Below the pieces are notes generated by a model. That model had not been told where the DNA came from, made no database searches, and worked only from the letters and a program-made list of their open reading frames with translations. This document shows positions 1 through 8,907 of a stretch of DNA of 64,000 nucleotides, in pieces (position 1 is the stretch's first letter; each line of letters begins with the position of its first letter). The stretch is taken from positions 7,317-71,316 of the forward strand of contig CAZNRN010000019.1 of the NCBI GenBank assembly GCA_964575605.1. Reading direction: 5' to 3'. The stretch is from an uncultured Micavibrio sp. (GTDB lineage: Bacteria; Pseudomonadota; Alphaproteobacteria; Micavibrionales; UBA2020). Both the position numbers and the translations under genes were made by a program.

Positions 1-943
1 CGCTGCCGACATGCAGCCAGTGCCATTTGTCGCGCGGCAGCGCCAGTATCGCCTGAAGCGTGATAACGCCGACCAGCTTGTCCTTGTCCACCACCGGGAA
101 AATGCGCTGGTAATGCTGCGCCACGTATTTTTCGACCAGTTCCGTCAAAATGATGTCGGGCGAGACGGAGACGATCTGGTCGTGCATGAAGCGTGCGACC
201 ACTTCCGCACCCAGCAGCGAACGGTTTTCGGTCTGGCGCACGGCATAGGCACCGGCGGCATGCACGAAGTAGCCGATCAGGCCCCACCACATGCCGGCCG
301 TCAGGTCGTTCCACCAGACGATTTTATAGCAGGCATAGGCCAGCAGGCCGTAGGCAAAGGCAGCGCCGAGGCTGTTGGCGATGCGGGTCGCCAGCACAAG
401 GTTGTTTTTGCGCGACCAGATGATGGCGCGCAGCGCGCGGCCACCGTCGAGCGGGAAGGCCGGCACCATGTTGAAGGCCGCGATCATCAGGTTCAGCGCG
501 CCAAGGTAGCTGAGCACATGGTTGAGCGCCGCAGGCGGGAAGTAAATCTGGTAGAGCTGGTTGGCGGCCAGGAAGAAGACACCCAGCAGTCCGCTCATGA
601 TAGGCCCCGCGAGGGCCATCAGGAATTCGCCCTTGGGGTGGCTGGGGTCGCCGCGCATTTCGGCGACGCCGCCGAAGATAAACAGCGTGATGCTTTCAAT
701 CGGCATGTGGTAATGCTCGGCGATGACGCCGTGGGCGACTTCGTGCGCGAGGATGGAAATAAACAGCCCGATGACGCAGGCAAAGCCCATGGCAAGGTAG
801 ACGGTGGGCGTTGCCCCCGGCAGCATGCCCGGAAAAAGCTTGGTCGCCAGCGTCCACATCATCAGCACCGACAGGAACAGCCAGCTGGCATCCGCCTTGA
901 TGGGGAAGTTAAAGAACCGGAACAGGGTAACGCGCCTGAACAA
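1..943 (-). CDS. M50-family (site-2-protease-like) zinc metalloprotease with C-terminal CBS-like region; C-terminus runs off the window
   Basis: Absent from the ORF track because there is no stop in the window. My minus-strand translation from TTG (943-941) reads MFRRVTLFRFFNFPIKADASWLFL...ISILAHEVAHGVIA (HExxH)...NLMIAAFNMVPAFPLDGGRALRA (second M50 motif), then a CBS-like stretch IVSVSPDIILTELVEKYV...FPVVDKDKLVGVITL. The listed + ORF 11..949 is its Arg/Gly-rich antisense shadow. Confidence 0.75.
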   Translation of the reverse strand, partial: MFRRVTLFRFFNFPIKADASWLFLSVLMMWTLATKLFPGMLPGATPTVYLAMGFACVIGLFISILAHEVAHGVIAEHYHMPIESITLFIFGGVAEMRGDPSHPKGEFLMALAGPIMSGLLGVFFLAANQLYQIYFPPAALNHVLSYLGALNLMIAAFNMVPAFPLDGGRALRAIIWSRKNNLVLATRIANSLGAAFAYGLLAYACYKIVWWNDLTAGMWWGLIGYFVHAAGAYAVRQTENRSLLGAEVVARFMHDQIVSVSPDIILTELVEKYVAQHYQRIFPVVDKDKLVGVITLQAILALPRDKWHWLHVGS

Positions 944-1035
944 AGGTAAGTTCCTTTTGACGTAAAATAAATCCGGGGGGTTTGCCTCCCGTCCGGCTTT
1001 ACATTAAGATATAGCGTATCACGGAAAAACAAGTC

Positions 1036-1554
1036 ATGGCTTTCAACCGCATTCCATCGATTTTTGCCGCTTTTGTGTCCTGCCTGCTGCTGTCGGGCTG
1101 CGTGACGCTGGGCAATATGTCATGGCCGGGGCAGGGGCAGCAGTTCCATCCGCTCGATAGCGAGGTCGCGTCGATGGCGGCACCTGTGGGTGCCGGCCCC
1201 CGCCTTGTCTGCCGCACCGGCCGCGGCACGGCGCTGTTCGGCAAAGCCTGGGCGCCTTTTGCCGAAACCACTTTCACAATCCCCGCCGGCAGCCGTGTGA
1301 ATATCCCGCTCGCCCGCTATAATGGCAACGGCACGACGACGATGCAGGGGCTGTTCGACAAGGATGGCCAGAAGATTATTTTCTGCCCCGTGGTGCAGGG
1401 CCCGCCTGACGCGCGCATCGCCTGCACCAGCCTCTATGCGCTGGACGACGATTTGCAGGCGGGGTTGAAGCGCACGTTCGATGTGCCCGAACTGGTGCGG
1501 GGCGCGGCGATTACCTGCGCCTTCGCGGCAGAAAACCTCAAAGACCTCGACTAG
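1036..1554 (+). CDS. hypothetical lipoprotein
   Basis: N-terminal signal peptide with a lipobox (FVSCLLLSGC|VTLG). No recognisable domain. Confidence 0.6.
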   Translation: MAFNRIPSIFAAFVSCLLLSGCVTLGNMSWPGQGQQFHPLDSEVASMAAPVGAGPRLVCRTGRGTALFGKAWAPFAETTFTIPAGSRVNIPLARYNGNGTTTMQGLFDKDGQKIIFCPVVQGPPDARIACTSLYALDDDLQAGLKRTFDVPELVRGAAITCAFAAENLKDLD

Positions 1555-1557
1555 AGA

Positions 1558-2895
1558 TCAGTCAAAGCTGAAATCGTTGCCGGGCTTCTTTTTCGGGGGT
1601 GCGGGCAGCATCTTGCGCGGTCCGTTGTCGCGCACGAACTGATGCGCGTCTTTCACGCTCTCCTGATAGGCTTTTTCCAGCTCCGGCGCGCCCGTCGTGC
1701 CCAGCACGGGGCCGATCATGCGCATGGACAGGACGGAGAGCGTGTCGAGCTGCTGCAGCGCCTGCAGCTTCATCATCTGTTTCAGCTCGGGCGGCATCGC
1801 CATTTCCTCGGGCATGCCGAAATCCTGCTGGTCGAGCGCCTCGAGCGCGCCCTTGATGCCCTCTTTCGCATGCGCGATAGAGGCTGTGGTATTGGCAATC
1901 ACGATCTGCTTGAATTCCTCGGGCGTGCGCTGCAGGCCCAACTGGTTCATCGGGTCGCGCACGCTGTGTACGGACAGCAGGTCCAGCACGTCCCAGTCGA
2001 CTTTGGGCTTCAGGAAGGCGAGGTCGTCGCGGTTCAGCGTACGCAGGCCGATATCCAGCAGGGCGCCCGCAACTGCCGTCGGGTTTTTCGAGGCCGGCAG
2101 GTCGGTCAGAAGCTTGGCTGCCGCGACAGCGCCTTCAAAATCCTCGGGCAGCACGCGCGGGTGGTTGGTGATGACCTCATAGACGGCGCGCACTTTGGCG
2201 TCGTCCAGGAGCCCGGTTTCCTCGAACGAGGGGTAGCGGATCTCGGCAGGCGCGGTGCCCAGCGTCGGCGCGCCGGGGCCGGTGAACATGACGCCCATGT
2301 CCATCAGTTTCTGGCTGTGTTCCTCGCGCGCGTCGCGGAATTCGCCGAATTTTTCGTTGAACAGCGCCTCCAGCTGCGGCGATGCCGTTTTGTCGGCAAG
2401 GCTGCGGCCAAGGTGCGCGAAGACTTCCACGCTCGGCACCATCATCATTTTCTTTTCCAGCTCTTCCATCGGTTTCTGGCCCGTCATCACCTGCTGGACG
2501 GTGCTTTCGATGCCCGCCGAAATCTGGCGGAATTCGTCAAAGGACGCGATGGCCGAGGCAAGGGCAATCGCCTTCACGTTGTCGCTTGCCTGGTCGACAT
2601 AGGCATAACCCGTGCGGTTGTGGAGCTCGGCTTCCTCGAGCAGCGCGGTCGTATCCTTGCCGAAATTTTTCTCGATGATATCCCAGGACTGGCGCGGCAC
2701 GACGGTCAGCAGCGCGGCCGACAGCAGTTTGGGATCCGCGCCCACCGTCTGGTTGATTGCCTGCGCGACCTTTACCGCGTATTCTTCGGACAGGCCGGTT
2801 TCATCGGCGGCGTCTTTCGCGTTCTTTTCGTAGGTCTTGAAGGCCCTGAAAACGGTCGGGTCCTGCGGCAGGCCTGTGTCGCGGTAGTTGGTCAT
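1558..2895 (-). CDS. hypothetical protein, tandem paralog 1 (two-module architecture, basic C-terminal tail APPKKKP)
   Basis: 445-aa ORF that aligns along its whole length with 3057..4352 (shared DTGLPxDPxVFRAF, RTGYAYxxxAS, SAIASFDEFR). The antisense ORF 1642..2937 is Arg/Gly-rich junk. Confidence 0.7.
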   Translation of the reverse strand: MTNYRDTGLPQDPTVFRAFKTYEKNAKDAADETGLSEEYAVKVAQAINQTVGADPKLLSAALLTVVPRQSWDIIEKNFGKDTTALLEEAELHNRTGYAYVDQASDNVKAIALASAIASFDEFRQISAGIESTVQQVMTGQKPMEELEKKMMMVPSVEVFAHLGRSLADKTASPQLEALFNEKFGEFRDAREEHSQKLMDMGVMFTGPGAPTLGTAPAEIRYPSFEETGLLDDAKVRAVYEVITNHPRVLPEDFEGAVAAAKLLTDLPASKNPTAVAGALLDIGLRTLNRDDLAFLKPKVDWDVLDLLSVHSVRDPMNQLGLQRTPEEFKQIVIANTTASIAHAKEGIKGALEALDQQDFGMPEEMAMPPELKQMMKLQALQQLDTLSVLSMRMIGPVLGTTGAPELEKAYQESVKDAHQFVRDNGPRKMLPAPPKKKPGNDFSFD

Positions 2896-3056
2896 CGGGT
2901 GCTCCTGGAATTACCTTGGCGATTCCATAATGATTAATATGAATCGTTTTTAGCACCCGCAGATAAGCCGAGTCAACGCGCTATGGGAAGTTACATTTAA
3001 CATAACGCATAAGTTACCCGCAAAAGGCGCGGCGGGCTGACCGATTGCACAGTTTA

Positions 3057-4352
3057 TCAGACGCGAACGCGCGGCAGGCGCTTCGTGCCGACTGCCATGA
3101 CCTGCGTGGGCGCAGCTTTTTGCGCCGGCACGGGCATGTTCTGCTCGACGAAATGCTGCAGGCGGGAATGTTCTTCCTCGAAGGCGCGCTCGAGCGCCGG
3201 CGCGCCGGTGCGGCCGCGCAGCGGTTCGACTATCATCGGCATGGCGACGGCAAGGGCGAAGAGCGGCTTGAAGCCGATGGTCTTGATCTCGTTGTAGGCG
3301 GCCTCTGGGATGATGTCCGCGCCTTGCTTTAATTGCTCCAGCACGCGCTCGCCACCCTGCTTGGCGTTGTCCATCATAACGATGCCATAGGCCAGCGCCA
3401 TCTGGCGGAATTCCTCGGGGCCTTTGTTCAGCGCAGCGCGGTCCTTCATCAGCGCATCGCGCACGTTGAAGGTTTCCATGATCTGGCCGACCTCGCCGCC
3501 GAGACGTTTTTGCATGAAGCCGATATCGTCGGCCGTGACGCGGTGCAGCCCTGCCTGCAGCAGCCCTGCGCTGATGACCGAGGCGTTTTCCTCGGGCGCG
3601 AAAGTGCCCAGCAGCTTGCCGAACATCACGGCATCTGCCAGCGTCTGCTGCGTGACGCCGGGATGGCGCTGCAGCAGTTCGTATGCCGCTTTTACGGTCG
3701 CATCTTCCATCAGGCCTGTGTCTTCGAATTTGGCGGAAGCAGCGGCTTCTTTCTTCGGCAGGACGACGCCGACGAAATCCAGCTCCTGACGGTAATCTTC
3801 ATAGGCCGCGCGATAAGCGGAAAGTTTTTGCGCGAAGGCGGCGCTGTCGATGCGGCCTTCCAGCATTTCGTACATGCGCGGCTCGGGCAACACCAGCTGC
3901 GGCGCCGCTTTTTTCAAATCCGCGCCCGCGGGCACGCGCAGCAGCGTATCGGAAATCTTCGCGGCCGCTTCGCGGAACTCATCGAAGGAGGCTATGGCGG
4001 AGGCGGCAGCCAGTTCCTTCACGGCGGGCGAGGCGTCCTCGATATAGGCATAGCCGGTGCGCACATGCGTCCAGGCTTGGTCGAGCTGCTTCACCACATC
4101 AGGGCCGAATTGTTTTTCAACGACAGTATAGGCGGGGGCGGGCACAGCCATCAGCAGCGCCAGCGCCGCGGTGTTCGCATCGCCGCCAGCAGCACGGACG
4201 GCCAGCGCCGATTTCAGCGGGAAGCCGGCATCGAGGCCGCTTTCTTCCGCAAAGGTTTCGGCGTTTTTCTGGTAGAGGCGGAAGGCGCGGAAGACGACGG
4301 GGTCGGCAGGCAGGCCCGTATCCTTGAATTCGATGTTCTTGATGTCGGTCAT
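3057..4352 (-). CDS. hypothetical protein, tandem paralog 2
   Basis: 431-aa ORF paralogous to 1558..2895, with the same module order and conserved blocks. Confidence 0.7.
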   Translation of the reverse strand: MTDIKNIEFKDTGLPADPVVFRAFRLYQKNAETFAEESGLDAGFPLKSALAVRAAGGDANTAALALLMAVPAPAYTVVEKQFGPDVVKQLDQAWTHVRTGYAYIEDASPAVKELAAASAIASFDEFREAAAKISDTLLRVPAGADLKKAAPQLVLPEPRMYEMLEGRIDSAAFAQKLSAYRAAYEDYRQELDFVGVVLPKKEAAASAKFEDTGLMEDATVKAAYELLQRHPGVTQQTLADAVMFGKLLGTFAPEENASVISAGLLQAGLHRVTADDIGFMQKRLGGEVGQIMETFNVRDALMKDRAALNKGPEEFRQMALAYGIVMMDNAKQGGERVLEQLKQGADIIPEAAYNEIKTIGFKPLFALAVAMPMIVEPLRGRTGAPALERAFEEEHSRLQHFVEQNMPVPAQKAAPTQVMAVGTKRLPRVRV

Positions 4353-4472
4353 GGTGTCACCCGCTCTTGAAAAAGGCGGGCGTTGATAATGCCCGCGGTT
4401 GCCTGAATGATGCGCCCATTCGTAGCACCCGCGTATTGTTTATGTCAATATACTATGTGAATAGGTAAGTGC

Positions 4473-5327
4473 TTAGTCGGCGGCCAAGTCTATCGAATTT
4501 TTCTTAGTATAATCAATAATTTGATTAACAAATCCCGTCATGTTCTTGCGTGTGCGCGCGAAGCCCGGCGTCTTGCGGCGCGAGGCCTCGTCCATGTAAA
4601 GGCTGCGGCGGATTTCGACCTGCAGGCTGTGGCGATTCTGCGCGGGGTTGGCATGGCGGCGCAAAATCTCGACACCCTTGTAGGGTTTGTTGATGGCGAC
4701 GCGGTATCCCATCTCCTTCAGGCATTTCGCGGCGAAGGTTGTGAAACCGGCGTCGCAGGTGGTGCCGTCGCGGTCACCCAGCACGATATCGGGCTGGTGC
4801 CGCGTGGCGCCGCCCGGCGTGGTCGGCATCGAATGGCAGTTGAGGTGATAAACAGCGCCAAAATCGCGGTGCGTCGCCTCCAGCAATTCGGCCAGCATCA
4901 TGTGATAAGGCCTGTAATAGGCCTCTATCCTGTGCTGCACCTCGGCGACGGTCAGGCGACGGTTGTAAATTGGCTGCGGGTTATTCTGCTTGAACAGCCG
5001 CCGTATCAGCCCCACGCCCATGGCCGAGCGCGCGGTCGGATTGGCGAGGCCCGGCCAGAACCCGTCTATCAGTAACGGGTCGATATCGTCCTCCGCCCTG
5101 TTGGCGTCGATATAGCAACGGGGGAAGAGGGCGGAGAGCAGTGGCACCCCCAGCTGCGGCGACTGACCGAAAATCTCGTCCACAAAGGCGTCTTCGGTCT
5201 CGGCCAGCCATTCCCTGGGGCAGTCGTGGCCGAAGTCGGCAGGGTAGATATTCCCGCTATGGGGGCTGTCCAGCACCAGCGGGGCGGCCTGTTTGGGCGG
5301 TTTTTGACAAATAAGGACGTCTTTCAA
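4473..5327 (-). CDS. N-formylglutamate amidohydrolase family (FGase) protein
   Basis: LVLDSPHSGNIYP..., CYIDANR, YHLNCHSMP and LGDRDGTTC blocks are typical of the FGase family. Confidence 0.7.
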   Translation of the reverse strand: MKDVLICQKPPKQAAPLVLDSPHSGNIYPADFGHDCPREWLAETEDAFVDEIFGQSPQLGVPLLSALFPRCYIDANRAEDDIDPLLIDGFWPGLANPTARSAMGVGLIRRLFKQNNPQPIYNRRLTVAEVQHRIEAYYRPYHMMLAELLEATHRDFGAVYHLNCHSMPTTPGGATRHQPDIVLGDRDGTTCDAGFTTFAAKCLKEMGYRVAINKPYKGVEILRRHANPAQNRHSLQVEIRRSLYMDEASRRKTPGFARTRKNMTGFVNQIIDYTKKNSIDLAAD

Positions 5328-5438
5328 GGCGTTTTCCGTACGTTCGAGAAGCTACTTGGACCCCAGATGAATATTGAAAAATGCCCAAAAAAGCTTATTT
5401 TGAACCCATTATACATCCGGCAGGAAGGCAGCGCCACC

Positions 5439-6608
5439 ATGACGAAAACCAATCTCACAAGCCAGCAGATGCTGGCCAAGCTGGTCTCCTTCGACACCAC
5501 CTCCGTCAAAAGCAACCTCGAGCTTATCCACTGGGTACAAAACTACCTGGGCGAATACGGCGTCAAATCACATCTCGTTTTCGACGAAACGAAAAACAAG
5601 GCCAACCTTCATGCAATTGTGGGCCCCGCGGACAAGGCGGGCATCGTGCTTTCCGGCCACACCGATGTTGTGCCGGTTGAAGGGCAGGCCTGGGACAGCG
5701 ACCCCTTCACGCTCCGCGACCACAATGAACATCTTTACGCGCGCGGCACCTGCGACATGAAGGGCTTTATCGCGGTAGCTCTTTCGAAGCTGCCCGAGAT
5801 GGTGAAGAAACCGCTGAATTCCCCCATCCACTTCGCGCTGTCGTATGACGAAGAACTGGGCTGCCTTGGCGCGCACAGCCTTGCCGACCATATCGCGCAG
5901 GCATCGGTGAAGCCGAAGCTTTGCGTCGTGGGCGAACCCACGCTGATGAAAACGATTACGGGGCACAAGGGCATCTGCGACCTCGAATGCACGGTGCATG
6001 GGAAGGAATCGCACTCTTCCCTCGCCCCCTATTCGGTCAACGCTGTCGAATACGCGGCCGAGCTGATCGCGCATACCAAGTCGATCGCGCGCCGCATCCA
6101 GAACGAAGGCCCCTTCAACCGCCAGTTCGACCCGCCCTTCACCACCGTCCATGTCGGCATCATCAAGGGCGGCACGGCGCTGAACATCGTGCCGAACCAT
6201 TGCGAATTCGCCATCGAAGTCCGCAACATCCCCGAAGTGAACGCCGAAGAAGTTCTGGAGGAAATCCGCCAGTACGCCTTCAAGCACCTGGAACCCCGCA
6301 TGAAGGCCATCGACCCGAAAACCGGCTTCGATTTCAAGTACACGGCGGGTGTCCACAGCTTCGACATCGCCAACGACAACCCGATGGTCGATTTCGTCCT
6401 CTCGCTGTCCGGCGCCAACGCGACGGAAAAGGTCAGCTTCGCGACCGAGGCCGGCATCTTCCACAACAAGGGCATCCCCACGGTCGTTTGCGGCCCGGGG
6501 TCGATCGCCCAGGCGCACAAGCCCAACGAGTTCATCGCCAAAGAACAATTGGTGAAGTGCGAAAACTTTATGGATAGACTGCTGGACAAATTAAGGACTG
6601 CGGCCTAA
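5439..6608 (+). CDS. argE: acetylornithine deacetylase (M20 peptidase family)
   Basis: The track ORF starts at 5226, but the ArgE-like sequence begins at ATG 5439 (MTKTNLTSQQMLAKLVSFDTTS) behind the RBS caggaagg. Contains LSGHTDVVPV and GTCDMKG motifs. Confidence 0.7.
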   Translation: MTKTNLTSQQMLAKLVSFDTTSVKSNLELIHWVQNYLGEYGVKSHLVFDETKNKANLHAIVGPADKAGIVLSGHTDVVPVEGQAWDSDPFTLRDHNEHLYARGTCDMKGFIAVALSKLPEMVKKPLNSPIHFALSYDEELGCLGAHSLADHIAQASVKPKLCVVGEPTLMKTITGHKGICDLECTVHGKESHSSLAPYSVNAVEYAAELIAHTKSIARRIQNEGPFNRQFDPPFTTVHVGIIKGGTALNIVPNHCEFAIEVRNIPEVNAEEVLEEIRQYAFKHLEPRMKAIDPKTGFDFKYTAGVHSFDIANDNPMVDFVLSLSGANATEKVSFATEAGIFHNKGIPTVVCGPGSIAQAHKPNEFIAKEQLVKCENFMDRLLDKLRTAA

Positions 6609-6653
6609 TATTAAAGGCCTTGAATTTCAAACTCTTGCAATATCGGGGAAGTC

Positions 6654-7331
6654 ATGACAACATCACAACAGGCTGCGCAGCAACCTTCTGGAAAGGCCCC
6701 TAATACGATGTTCGACCAATACAACTGGCAAAAAGTGAGCGGCGCCCAGCTGGAGCCCTTCCTCAAGCTGGTCAACCCGATTCAGGGCAAGCACAACGCC
6801 TCGCCCGCCACCGGCACCGCCGAATGGTGCCAGCTGCCCTTCTATACCTCCATCGGCCTCGTGCGCGTGAACGACAGCGCATGGCCCGCCGGCACAGGCC
6901 CCTTCTGGTTCCTCGCGAAACAGGGCCGCATGTTCCTGCTCGACGGATCAAGTGCGCCCATCCATGACGCGAACGAAGCTGACCCCATCAAAGTTTCCGA
7001 GGCGAACAACCTCGAATACTTACGTTTCTTCTGCTATTTCGTCCATGGCGACGAAGGCCCCTTCCTGATCGTGGAAGACATCAACCACCCCGCCATCGAC
7101 CAGGCGAAGCTGGACCCGAACACCCGCAAGGTGATCGAGGGCGCGATCCGCCCCGCCGCCTTCGAAGGCCGTTCGGCCGAGGGTGCCTATGAAGCCTCGG
7201 CGATGGTCCTTTACGGCAACGCGCTCTTCTCCGCGCGCTTCTCGATGACCGAAAACGGCATGATCGAGATGATCGACGACGAACCGGTCGCAGCCGACCT
7301 GCCCGTCAAGAAGATCAAGCCGAACTACTAA
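6654..7331 (+). CDS. hypothetical protein
   Basis: 225-aa ORF with coding-like composition and no recognised domain. Ends ...DLPVKKIKPNY, a weak match to the basic tail motif. Confidence 0.55.
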   Translation: MTTSQQAAQQPSGKAPNTMFDQYNWQKVSGAQLEPFLKLVNPIQGKHNASPATGTAEWCQLPFYTSIGLVRVNDSAWPAGTGPFWFLAKQGRMFLLDGSSAPIHDANEADPIKVSEANNLEYLRFFCYFVHGDEGPFLIVEDINHPAIDQAKLDPNTRKVIEGAIRPAAFEGRSAEGAYEASAMVLYGNALFSARFSMTENGMIEMIDDEPVAADLPVKKIKPNY

Positions 7332-7334
7332 TAT

Positions 7335-7985
7335 CTAGATTTTAACGGTTTTCACTGGCGGGTTAACGCGCCAGATGCTGTCGCGCGTGTGGGCTGCGCG
7401 CGGGAATTGTTTTTCAATCACCTTCATCACCAGCGTGTCATGCGCCGTGCGCGCTTCCTTCATCCCGTCCGGGTGTATCCAGCGTTGCGCGTAATTCTCG
7501 ACAATCTCCGCCTGCTGCTCGGTGCCGAAATCGGCGAAGTTGGAAGCGCCGTTCATTTTGTAATCGTAGTCATAACGGCGGAACGCCTTGGTGGAGAATT
7601 TTAAATTCTGCCCCTGCCATGTATGCGTGACCTCGTGCAGGAACAAGCCGAACTTGTCCTGCCCCTCGCGGCTGAAATCATTCGAATATGCGGCCTCGCC
7701 AAAGAAATCGATATGGCTGAAGGGCGGCATCACCATGCCGCGCGTATTGCCCATCACATGCGTGACGCTGCTGTTGTCCCTGAAGTGCTTGCGGATGCGC
7801 GACGCGTCCAGCTGGTCGCCGAAAATGCTTTCGACGGTTTTGGTTTCATCCGCCGTCAGCTTTTCGCCGCGCCCTGCGTAAAACGTGCCGAACCACGCGC
7901 CATAGGCGAGGGCTGCGATGGCGACGGTCTTTGCCGCGGCCTTCGCGAACCTGCGAATCAATGATCCCTTTTGGCGCTCCGCCAT
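7335..7985 (-). CDS. membrane-anchored HExxH protein ('Vgr-related protein'-type putative zinc metallopeptidase), paralog 1
   Basis: N-terminal TM (VAIAALAYGAWFGTFYAG), then FGDQLDASRIR...PPFSHIDFFG...FLHEVTHTWQGQN...FGTEQQAEI. Confidence 0.65.
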   Translation of the reverse strand: MAERQKGSLIRRFAKAAAKTVAIAALAYGAWFGTFYAGRGEKLTADETKTVESIFGDQLDASRIRKHFRDNSSVTHVMGNTRGMVMPPFSHIDFFGEAAYSNDFSREGQDKFGLFLHEVTHTWQGQNLKFSTKAFRRYDYDYKMNGASNFADFGTEQQAEIVENYAQRWIHPDGMKEARTAHDTLVMKVIEKQFPRAAHTRDSIWRVNPPVKTVKI

Positions 7986-8037
7986 CGTCCGGTTCCTGTT
8001 TTGAAGGCCTCAGGATAACGGATTATTATCCATAATG

Positions 8038-8799
8038 TCAACTTATTAAGTAGGGAATGGCGGGTTTTTGACGCTTTTCAGGCCGGACGGGGCGGGCGGC
8101 GGCGGCATAACCCGGGGCGGGTATTGTGGGGCTGGCCAGCCTTGGCGTATCGGAGGCGACGGTGTTGAAGGCCTGCATGCGGCCTTCCTCCATGGCGATG
8201 CGGGTGGTGTGGGCGCTGGGGAAGCGGGTTTCCACCACGCGCTGCAGCAGCAGATCTTCTTCCGTGCGTTTCTGCCGCAGGCCCGAATGGTGCAGGAATT
8301 TTCCGCTGTAGTCGCAGATGATTTCGGCCTGCTGCTCGGTGCCGAAGTCGGAGAATTTGGAATTCTCGTTCAGTTCGTATTTATAAACGCCGACCTGATG
8401 GCGGGAGAAATTAAAGTTCTGCCCCTGCCATGTATGCGTGACTTCATGCATGAAAAGCCTGAATAACCTTGCATCGCCCTGCGTGTAATCGCGCGTATGC
8501 GCATCGGGGCCGTAAAAATCGATATGGCTGAAGGGCGGCGGCACCATGCCGTCGACCCAGCGGAAGATATGGGTCGCGCTGCCCTCGGAACGTTCGTGCT
8601 TGCGGATGGCGTTGGCGTTAATCTCGTTGCCAAAGACGGCGGTCACGGCGCTGGTTTCGCCGGGCGTCAGCTGTTCGCCGCGCCCCGCATAGAAGGCCCC
8701 GAACCATGCGCCATAGAGGCATGCGGCGGTGGCGGCAAGGCCCAATACAGCCTTGGTGAATTTGCGGGCAAGCGAACCTTTACGCTTCTCTCTATACAT
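8038..8799 (-). CDS. membrane-anchored HExxH protein, paralog 2
   Basis: Same architecture (FMHEVTHTWQGQN, FGTEQQAEI). Start moved to ATG 8799 (MYREKRKGSLARKF) by alignment with the paralog; the track ORF extends to 8838. Confidence 0.65.
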   Translation of the reverse strand: MYREKRKGSLARKFTKAVLGLAATAACLYGAWFGAFYAGRGEQLTPGETSAVTAVFGNEINANAIRKHERSEGSATHIFRWVDGMVPPPFSHIDFYGPDAHTRDYTQGDARLFRLFMHEVTHTWQGQNFNFSRHQVGVYKYELNENSKFSDFGTEQQAEIICDYSGKFLHHSGLRQKRTEEDLLLQRVVETRFPSAHTTRIAMEEGRMQAFNTVASDTPRLASPTIPAPGYAAAARPVRPEKRQKPAIPYLIS

Positions 8800-8907
8800 T
8801 AATACCCCAAGTCTGCGGCCTATTTCCCCGCCTGTCAATTGCGGGGCGGTTTTTCCAGTCGCAACAAGGGCTTGAATAGGCTAATCTGCAGCCGGAAAAG
8901 GTGACCC

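Noticed and set aside
11-949. 312-aa + strand ORF at the window start
   Set aside because: Arg/Gly/His-rich nonsense composition. The opposite strand encodes a clear M50 protease (HEVAHG, PLDGG motifs) in frame across the same interval.
5226-5438. N-terminal extensions of track ORFs, e.g. 5226 for argE, 17116 for the MFS gene, 16614 for the P-loop gene, 43941 for rne, 12611 for membrane paralog B, 61291 for the LRR gene
   Set aside because: The extensions overlap neighbouring genes or run through non-coding-looking sequence. Internal starts with better RBSs match the family or paralog N-termini.
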